NCBI GenBank assembly: GCA_021776635.1
Contig: JAJFFN010000038.1
Location: 87,990 to 151,989, forward strand
DNA length: 64,000 nucleotides
Source: Robiginitomaculum sp.
GTDB lineage: Bacteria; Pseudomonadota; Alphaproteobacteria; Caulobacterales; Maricaulaceae
Reading direction: 5' to 3'
Part shown: one piece after another, positions 57,465 to 64,000 of the stretch
Layout of the letters: the number at the start of each line of letters is the position of its first letter
Position numbering within the stretch: the first letter of the stretch is position 1
Position numbers and translations under genes: made by a program
Notes under the pieces: generated by a model
What the model was told of the DNA's origin: nothing
Seen by the model: only the letters and a program-made list of their open reading frames with translations
Database searches by the model: none

Positions 57465-57935
57465 CTAGAAGCCAGTGATTAAACCAATCTGTATCCAAGC
57501 ACTTGTGCTATTGGTTGTGATGACGGGTGCCAACCCAGTTGGAAAGCTAGCATCCGTGAAAGTTGGTTCGCTACTTAGGCTACCATAGAGACTACCAAAC
57601 GCATTTATATTGTTGCCGAGGGCATGATTGTATGTTCCGCCCAATGTTAAGTAGAAGTTGTCATCTGTCCCTGCAATTGCTGCGTAACCGCCTATGACAT
57701 CTAATATTAAAGTAGAGCGGTTGTTTAAATCGACACTGTTTGAGGCAGATGCTTCAAAGGTAAAATCCATTAAGTGGACATCGTAAAGGGCAGTAAGTGT
57801 TGGTGAGTAAACCTGATTAAAACTCAAGCCTGTGTAAACTTCTACGGTGGAAGCGTTTGCAAAACCTATGTTAAAAAGCCCCCCTTTGCTTGGATTATGA
57901 ATGGACTGTAAAGTGACCAATCTATGGACAATCAT
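57465..57935 (-). pseudogene. Outer-membrane beta-barrel-like ORF lacking a signal peptide (probable 5'-truncated fragment)
   Basis: Alternating beta-strand pattern with an aromatic C-terminus ..IGLITGF. A TAG lies two codons upstream of the first ATG, so no N-terminal extension is possible. Confidence 0.4.
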
Positions 57936-58022
57936 TTGTATCTAAACCTAACCGAACTTTACTTAATGCCTCATCGACCCCGTCAAGCTTGAAAAACTTG
58001 ATTGTTGCTTCAACTTTTTTCA
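57921..58022 (-). pseudogene. 33-codon remnant of a PII (GlnB/GlnK) gene
   Basis: Hand translation gives MKKVEATIKFFKLDGVDEALSKVRLGLDTNDCP*. The first 20 residues closely parallel the PII N-terminus (MKKIEAIIKPFKLDEVKEAL). A GGAG RBS is retained 8 nt upstream. No other frame continues the PII sequence. Confidence 0.55.
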
Positions 58023-58088
58023 TAGTTATTCTCCAGTTATCTGTTGGAAAAGTTGCTAGCTTTAAAAATTCATCACACAAGGTCATAA

Positions 58089-58706
58089 ATGAAACCAAAA
58101 ACCAAATTGGACGTAACTAAGGCCGAGGCAGATCAAATCCGCATGCGTGTGCGCGCTGTGCGCACCATAGATGGGGATAACGGTTCATCTCGGCTGGCCG
58201 TGATTGAAGATGCCGCGGCAATGCTACAACTGCTCAGTGATGAGCGGGTGTCAGGCGATGTGTATACTCTACCCAGGCCTTTTTCCCTTGGCAGTATCCG
58301 CGCATGGATAATTGATCATCAAAAGCAGGCAAAGGACGGTGTAGGCCTGCTTATGGTTACCGACGACGACGCAGGGCAAATCATCACCATAACTGATTTT
58401 CAGTTTTGGCCAGAATACGCCGCTTGCGAATTCGGCGGCGTAATAGCCGCCCACCTGCAAAGCCGCTCTGTCGGCACTAAAGGCATTGCCCATCTCTGTG
58501 ATTGGGTGTTCCAAGTGTTAGGTGTGCGCCTCATCGCTATGACCGCATCACCAGAGAATGTCCGTAGCCATAAACTGTTAGACAAATTAGGCTTTATACG
58601 AATGGGCGAAATGGACAGCGTAAGACCTGATGGTAGCGTAAGAAAATCGCTGTATTGGGAGCTTATGGGGAGGTCGCTCCATGAAAATATTGGTGAACGC
58701 CCCTGA
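58089..58706 (+). CDS. GNAT family N-acetyltransferase (RimJ/RimL-like)
   Basis: Acetyl-CoA motif region HLQSRSVGTKGIA ... ENVRSHKLLDKLGFIRMGE. Confidence 0.65.
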   Translation: MKPKTKLDVTKAEADQIRMRVRAVRTIDGDNGSSRLAVIEDAAAMLQLLSDERVSGDVYTLPRPFSLGSIRAWIIDHQKQAKDGVGLLMVTDDDAGQIITITDFQFWPEYAACEFGGVIAAHLQSRSVGTKGIAHLCDWVFQVLGVRLIAMTASPENVRSHKLLDKLGFIRMGEMDSVRPDGSVRKSLYWELMGRSLHENIGERP

Positions 58707-58764
58707 GCACATCACAGTTTAACACTTGCCAATAAAAACTCACCACATTGTAACCCATCCCCAC

Positions 58765-58864
58765 TTGACCGTCCGAAACGAATCTCTCATATAGCGCGTG
58801 GGTCGCGTCTTCCCACCAAGGCGTAGTTTTATGTGAGTACAAAAACGCTCACACGGAGACAAAA
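58765..58864 (+). promoter_or_regulatory. Candidate sigma70-type promoter and structured serC leader
   Basis: TTGACC (58765-58770), N17, CATATA (58788-58793). The downstream hairpin GTGAG-N10-CTCAC (58833-58852) abuts the GGAGAC RBS. Upstream GTCTTCC could pair with GGAGAC. Confidence 0.35.
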
Positions 58865-60040
58865 ATGACATTACAAATGCCGACCGTTAAACCGGTCGAT
58901 GGGCGATTTTCGCCGGGTCCATCACGAAAACGTCCGGGCTGGACACCGGATTTCCTCAAAAATGCGGCGCTTGGTCGCTCTCATCGAAGCCCTTTGGGTA
59001 AGCAAGTTCTTAAGGAAGTTATAGACCTTACACGCGAAGTACTTGAGGTGCCAGATACACACCGGATAGCCATCGTGCCTGCATCGGATACCGGCGCTGT
59101 TGAAATGGCCATGTGGTCGATGCTGGGGGCGTGCGGCGTTGACGTGGCGGCGTGGGAGAACTTTGGCTATGCTTGGATTACCGATGCAAAGAGCCAATTG
59201 CCGCTTAATGACCTTAGAATTTTTAAAGCCGGGTACGGCGAACTGCCTGATTTGTCGCAATATACTGGCGACAGAGATTTGGTGTTTACCTGGAACGGCA
59301 CAACGGGCGGCGCACGTGTGCCCAATGCTGATTTCATTCCTGAGGACCGGGAAGGCATTACGATATGTGATGCGACTTCCGCCGCTTTTGCGCAAGAACT
59401 GCCTTGGGATAAATTGGATGTCGTAACCTATTCGTGGCAGAAAAATATGGGCGGGGAAGCTGGTCATGGCATGCTTATTTTATCGCCGCGTGCCGTAGAG
59501 CGTCTTGAGAACTATACCCCGCCTTGGCCGCTGCCTAAGATTTTTCGCATGACGAAAAATGGCAAGCTTAATGAAGCTTTGTTTGAAGGTTCGACCCTCA
59601 ACACACCGTCTTTGATGTGCGCCGAAGATCATATAGAAAGCCTGAAATGGGTAAGAGAGCAAGGCGGCCAAAAAGGTGGTCTTAGCTGGATGCACGACCG
59701 TGCAGACGCCAATTTTAAAATATTGCAAGACTGGATGGACAAGACGCCTTGGATTGAAAATCTGTGTGCAGTACCAGAGCGGCGCTCTAACACGGGTGTG
59801 TGTATGAAAATTGTTGACCCGCGCTTTACGGCTTTATCGCCAGAAGAACAATCAGATTTTGCTTCAAGTATCGTAAAAATGATCAGCGCAGAAGATGCGG
59901 CCTATGATTTTGGCTCTTACCGTACCGCACCTCCAGGTTTTCGGGTATGGGCGTCTGGATTAATAGAACCAAAAGATATCGAAAATTTAATCCCGTGGCT
60001 GGAATGGGGTTTTGAGACTCAGTGCGCCGCTACGTTCTAA
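58865..60040 (+). CDS. serC: Phosphoserine aminotransferase (long alphaproteobacterial type)
   Basis: Class V aminotransferase with the PLP-lysine region YSWQKNMGGEAG. It is located immediately upstream of serA. Confidence 0.8.
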   Translation: MTLQMPTVKPVDGRFSPGPSRKRPGWTPDFLKNAALGRSHRSPLGKQVLKEVIDLTREVLEVPDTHRIAIVPASDTGAVEMAMWSMLGACGVDVAAWENFGYAWITDAKSQLPLNDLRIFKAGYGELPDLSQYTGDRDLVFTWNGTTGGARVPNADFIPEDREGITICDATSAAFAQELPWDKLDVVTYSWQKNMGGEAGHGMLILSPRAVERLENYTPPWPLPKIFRMTKNGKLNEALFEGSTLNTPSLMCAEDHIESLKWVREQGGQKGGLSWMHDRADANFKILQDWMDKTPWIENLCAVPERRSNTGVCMKIVDPRFTALSPEEQSDFASSIVKMISAEDAAYDFGSYRTAPPGFRVWASGLIEPKDIENLIPWLEWGFETQCAATF

Positions 60041-60121
60041 AGAGAATAATTACAATATATATTTTTCATGAAGCACGTCGGAAACGAAGTGACCAACTGG
60101 AAAACAAAAAAGGAGGAACGC

Positions 60122-61696
60122 ATGCCTAGAGTTCTTATTTCTGACAAAATGTCAGATGAAGCCAGACGTGTATTTAAAAACAGAGGTGTTGATGTTGATG
60201 TCATCACCGGACTATCCAAAGAAGAACTGATTAAAATTATCCCAGAATATGACGGTTTAGCCGTCCGTTCTGCTAGCAAGCCGGACGCAGATGTGATTGC
60301 GGCTGCGACCAATTTGAAAGTCATTGGCCGTGCAGGCATTGGCACGGATAACATCGATAAAAAAGCAGCGACGGCGCACGGTGTTGTTGTGATGAACACA
60401 CCATTTGGAAATGCGATTACCACCGCTGAACATGCGCTTGCATTGTTGTTGTCTTGTGCCAGGCAAATTCCTGCGGCGTCTAACCGTACGCAGTTGGGGG
60501 AATGGCCTAAATCCGATTTTAAAGGTATTGAACTCTATAATAAAACCCTTGGTATTGTTGGTTGTGGTAATATTGGTGCATTGGTCGCGGAACGTGCTTT
60601 GGCACTTAAGATGAAGGTTATTGCATTTGACCCTTATTTGACACCTGAACGCGCCGTAGATCTAGGCGTAGAAAAGGTCGAGCTGGAAGATATTTTTAAG
60701 CAAGCTGATGCCATTACATTACATACGCCGCTTACAGACGCAACACGCGGCATCGTCAACCGTGAAGCTTTGGCCATGACGAAACCGGGGTTGATATTGG
60801 TCAATGCCGCCCGTGGTGGTTTGGTTGATGAGGTTGCGCTCAAAGAATACTTGCAAAGCGGTCATATTCGCGCTGCGGCTTTGGATGTTTTTGCGGTTGA
60901 ACCGGCTGTTGATAATGGTTTGTTTGGGTGCAAAAACTTCATAGCTACGCCGCATTTGGGCGCATCTACTTTGGAAGCTCAGGAAAATGTTGCCGTGCAG
61001 GTCGCCGAGCAAATGGCAGATTATTTACTGTCAGGTGCCGTTACCAACGCTCTCAATATGCCGTCAATAAGTGCGAAAGAAGCGCCGCGCCTAAAGCCGT
61101 TTGTAAGCTTGGCCGAAAAATTAGGGGCCTTGACGGGGCAACTCTTTGAAGACCCGATCAAGAGCGTTGAGTTTTGCTATATGGGTGATGTTGCCTCTCT
61201 AAGTACCAAACCAATGACCGCTGCTGCACTCGCGGGATTATTGTCCCCGATGATTAGCGAAGTGAATATGGTGTCTGCACCCGCTATTGCCGCAGACAGA
61301 GGCATTGATATAAAAGAATCAATCCGCGATAATGCGGAAAATCATGATAATTTAATCAAATTAATCATCCATCTTGAAGATCGTACTTTGGAAGTTGCCG
61401 GTACATTATACGGCGGGGAACCGCGCTTGCAAAACTTGTTCGGCGTTAAGATGGACGCAGAGTTTGCTGAAAACATGCTCTATGTCCGCAATGAAGACAA
61501 ACCTGGATTTATTGGTGCGCTTGGGGCTTTGCTTGGTAATAACAGTGTGAATATCGCAACGTTTTTCTTAGGCCGCGACGAACAAGGCGGGCGCGCCCTT
61601 TGCCTGGTTTCAGTTGATGAACAGGTAAATCCGGATATTGAGCAAGCCGTCAAAAATATTGGGCAGGTGAAATTTGCTAAAGCATTGAATTTTTAA
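60122..61696 (+). CDS. serA: D-3-phosphoglycerate dehydrogenase (long form with ACT domain)
   Basis: GIVGCGNIGALVAERA NAD-binding motif, catalytic ..ATPHLGAST.EAQ, and a C-terminal ACT domain. The ATG at 60122 follows AGGAGG. Confidence 0.9.
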   Translation: MPRVLISDKMSDEARRVFKNRGVDVDVITGLSKEELIKIIPEYDGLAVRSASKPDADVIAAATNLKVIGRAGIGTDNIDKKAATAHGVVVMNTPFGNAITTAEHALALLLSCARQIPAASNRTQLGEWPKSDFKGIELYNKTLGIVGCGNIGALVAERALALKMKVIAFDPYLTPERAVDLGVEKVELEDIFKQADAITLHTPLTDATRGIVNREALAMTKPGLILVNAARGGLVDEVALKEYLQSGHIRAAALDVFAVEPAVDNGLFGCKNFIATPHLGASTLEAQENVAVQVAEQMADYLLSGAVTNALNMPSISAKEAPRLKPFVSLAEKLGALTGQLFEDPIKSVEFCYMGDVASLSTKPMTAAALAGLLSPMISEVNMVSAPAIAADRGIDIKESIRDNAENHDNLIKLIIHLEDRTLEVAGTLYGGEPRLQNLFGVKMDAEFAENMLYVRNEDKPGFIGALGALLGNNSVNIATFFLGRDEQGGRALCLVSVDEQVNPDIEQAVKNIGQVKFAKALNF

Positions 61697-61785
61697 ATCA
61701 TTAAATTTCTTAAATTTGAAATTATGCCTACGCAATTCAAAATTCTTATGTTAGGGCGTATACGAACATATTACAGGGATTTGTT

Positions 61786-62391
61786 GTGAATAAATTATTA
61801 TTATCAGCCGCAGTGTTTTGCGGATTGTCTGGCTTGTGCGCAATTTCGGTACAAGCCGATGAAATAAGATTGGGTATCATGGTGCATGATGCCCAGTTTT
61901 TTGAGGACATCATTTTTGGTGGCCGTCATGGTAAGGAGCAAAGTATTTCAGTAACCGCAGAATATGCTTTTGACAGTCCTGAATGGCTTTCGTGGGCAAT
62001 GAGCCCTATGCCCTATGTTGGTGGTTCCTTAAATTTAGGTGGCAAGACATCGCACGGTGGGGCAGGTCTGCTATGGCGCTATGATATTTTTAATAATGTC
62101 TATTTTGATATTGGTTCGGGTTTGGTAATACATGATGGTGCCGTTCGTACGCCGGACCCGCTTAGTAGTACGGATCCTATCGTTGTGTCAGAACTGCGCC
62201 GCCGCAAATTTACGGAAATAGAATTTGGGTCTCGGGTTTTGTTTCGCAATCAATTTGCTTTAGGATATAGGCTGAATGACAAATGGTCGAGTGAGATTAC
62301 CTTTGAACATCTAAGTCACGGTCAAATATTGGGTGGGCCAGAAAATGAAGGCAGTAACAATGTCGGCGTTCGTGTCGCCCGAAGATTTTAA
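61786..62391 (+). CDS. Acyloxyacyl hydrolase / lipid A 3-O-deacylase (PagL-like) outer-membrane protein
   Basis: Signal peptide, beta-barrel pattern, FEHLSHG (His-x-Ser catalytic pair region) and a C-terminal Phe. Confidence 0.6.
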   Translation: MNKLLLSAAVFCGLSGLCAISVQADEIRLGIMVHDAQFFEDIIFGGRHGKEQSISVTAEYAFDSPEWLSWAMSPMPYVGGSLNLGGKTSHGGAGLLWRYDIFNNVYFDIGSGLVIHDGAVRTPDPLSSTDPIVVSELRRRKFTEIEFGSRVLFRNQFALGYRLNDKWSSEITFEHLSHGQILGGPENEGSNNVGVRVARRF

Positions 62392-62443
62392 TGTAAATTT
62401 TAAAGACAATTTTATACACAGAAAATAAACAAAGGATGCTTGC

Positions 62444-63736
62444 GTGGCAAATGTAGTGGTTGTTGGCTCTCAATGGGGTGATGAGGGCAAGGGAAAAATT
62501 GTTGATTGGCTTTCAAGTCGTGCAGATGTTGTCGCCCGCTTTCAAGGTGGTCACAACGCCGGTCATACTCTGGTCATAGACGGTAAGGTTTATAAATTAT
62601 CCCTCTTGCCATCCGGTGTCGTTCGCGGCGGAAAATTATCCGTTGTCGGTAATGGTGTTGTCGTTGATCCATGGGCGCTGATAGACGAAATGGCGCGTAT
62701 CCGTGAGCAAGGCGTAAAGATTTCGCCCAAAGATTTGATGATCTCTGAAACGGCGACATTAATTCTGCCTATTCATGGGGAGTTGGATGCTATTCGCGAG
62801 AACCGCACTGACGGCATAAAAATTGGTACAACAAAGCGCGGCATAGGGCCGGCCTATGAAGACAAAGTCGCTAGGCGCGCTATCCGCGTTTGTGATTTGG
62901 CGGATGTTGAAGGCTTGACTGCACGTGTTGAAAATTTACTGCACCACCATAATGCGCTCCGTAAAGGCTTAGGTCATTCTCCTGCAAATGTCGAGGAATT
63001 GACACAAAAACTTTTGGATATTGCTCCAAAAATTTTACCATTTATGGGCCCAGTTTGGCACGAGCTTGACAAAGCGTCACGCGCGGACAAACGCATTTTA
63101 TTTGAAGGTGCCCAAGGTGCCATGCTCGATATTGACCACGGAACATATCCGTTCGTCACATCATCCAACACCATTGCCGGACAGGCGGCGGGTGGTTCTG
63201 GTATGGGGCCAAAGGCGCTTTCCTATGTGCTCGGCATTACCAAAGCTTACACAACCCGGGTGGGTGAGGGGCCGTTCCCAACAGAATTATTTGATGATGT
63301 TGGCCAAGGCCTTGGTGAGCGGGGCCATGAATTTGGCACGGTTACAGGCCGTGCACGTCGCTGTGGTTGGTTTGATGCAGTGATGGTAAAACAAGCCGTC
63401 ACCATTGGCGGTATTGACGGGATTGCGCTCACTAAAATAGATGTACTCGACGGCATGCCTGAGATTAAAATCTGCGTGGGCTACAAACTCGGTGATAAAC
63501 GCCTGCGCCGCTTTCCGGCCAGCGCCGCCGACCAAGCCGCAGTCAAGCCGGTCTACGAGACTATGGAAGGCTGGAGCGACACAACGGTAGGTGCCCGCAC
63601 CACAGCCGACCTCCCGGCCCAAGCCATAAAATATATCCGTAGGTTGGAGGAGCTGATTGGTGTTCCAGCTGCGTTGATTTCGACGTCACCGGAACGCGAA
63701 GACACGATTTTGATGCGCGACCCTTTTAAGGCTTAG
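62444..63736 (+). CDS. purA: Adenylosuccinate synthetase
   Basis: [17 protein letters not shown]-loop, [21 protein letters not shown]. Confidence 0.95.
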   Translation: MANVVVVGSQWGDEGKGKIVDWLSSRADVVARFQGGHNAGHTLVIDGKVYKLSLLPSGVVRGGKLSVVGNGVVVDPWALIDEMARIREQGVKISPKDLMISETATLILPIHGELDAIRENRTDGIKIGTTKRGIGPAYEDKVARRAIRVCDLADVEGLTARVENLLHHHNALRKGLGHSPANVEELTQKLLDIAPKILPFMGPVWHELDKASRADKRILFEGAQGAMLDIDHGTYPFVTSSNTIAGQAAGGSGMGPKALSYVLGITKAYTTRVGEGPFPTELFDDVGQGLGERGHEFGTVTGRARRCGWFDAVMVKQAVTIGGIDGIALTKIDVLDGMPEIKICVGYKLGDKRLRRFPASAADQAAVKPVYETMEGWSDTTVGARTTADLPAQAIKYIRRLEELIGVPAALISTSPEREDTILMRDPFKA

Positions 63737-63750
63737 GGTAACCCCTAATG

Positions 63751-63776
63751 CCGCTCATTCCCTGCGACCGCAGGAA
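63751..63776. repeat. Palindromic repeat of the CCGCTCATnCCTGCG family
   Basis: CCGCTCATTCCCTGCGACCGCAGGAA is related to 657-682. The following GGAAGTCCCT recurs near 105-118. Confidence 0.55.
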
Positions 63777-63821
63777 GTCCCTCTTGGGGAAAGCGGGAAT
63801 CCAGTCCCTTATCAAAAATGT

Positions 63822-63848
63822 GCGGGCTTTGCCCGCTCTTTATTCGCT
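63822..63848 (+). terminator. Candidate rho-independent terminator after purA
   Basis: GCGGGC-TTT-GCCCGC hairpin followed by TCTTTATT. Confidence 0.45.
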
Positions 63849-64000
63849 GGGTACCGAGTCGTGGCTGGGTATGAGCGGCAATAAAAGGTGACTATCACAG
63901 ACTCTCACAAATGAGTTAGCTCTTGTGGGTGGATTGTGGCTTGCTCATTTGTCGCCATTTGCTTAGCATATAGCAAATGTTTGAAGGTTATTATTATGGA

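Noticed and set aside
58922-59467. 181-aa minus-strand ORF
   Set aside because: It is antisense to serC.
1-64000. tRNA, rRNA, tmRNA, integrase or transposase genes
   Set aside because: I scanned the ORF-free gaps by eye for T-arm-like GGTTCGAATCC-type motifs and the ORF list for recombinase motifs. None was found. This is not a substitute for tRNAscan or Infernal.

Overview
This 64 kb window is chromosomal and looks alphaproteobacterial, judged from gene content and synteny; GC is roughly mid-40s by eye. It is densely coding and mostly housekeeping. Recognisable genes and blocks are nadA; rpmG-ygfZ-tag; rnr-topA; ruvX-proC; an EnvZ/OmpR-type two-component pair; ilvE; the minus-strand run SDR-folB-uvrC-pgsA; ruvC-ruvA-ruvB-ybgC followed by tolQRAB-pal-cpoB-tilS-ftsH; folP-thiD; and serC-serA-purA. 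I found no rRNA, tRNA, CRISPR array, transposase or integrase.

The most interesting locus is a tightly coupled four-gene operon at 35849-38415. It encodes a signal-peptide Cys-rich DUF2282 precursor, a DUF692 (MbnB-like MNIO) enzyme, a DUF2063 partner and a DoxX protein. This is the architecture of a periplasmic Cys-modified metal-binding RiPP (bufferin/methanobactin-like chemistry).

Other accessory or unusual items:
- An AT-rich islet with a PemK/MazF-like toxin and a small acidic partner (39037-39936).
- A ChaN/Tiki-like lipoprotein translationally coupled inside ruvC-ruvA.
- A GIY-YIG gene bracketed by inverted 31-nt hairpin repeats.
- A 268-bp MITE-like element with solo ends elsewhere in the window.
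- A 15-17 bp tandem array with variable A-tracts.
- A membrane/wHTH gene split by an in-frame TAG.
- A PII (GlnB/GlnK) N-terminal remnant next to a truncated OMP-like ORF.
- An NYN-domain gene abutting a KAS III gene.

All functional calls come from reading motifs in the supplied translations. No database search was run.
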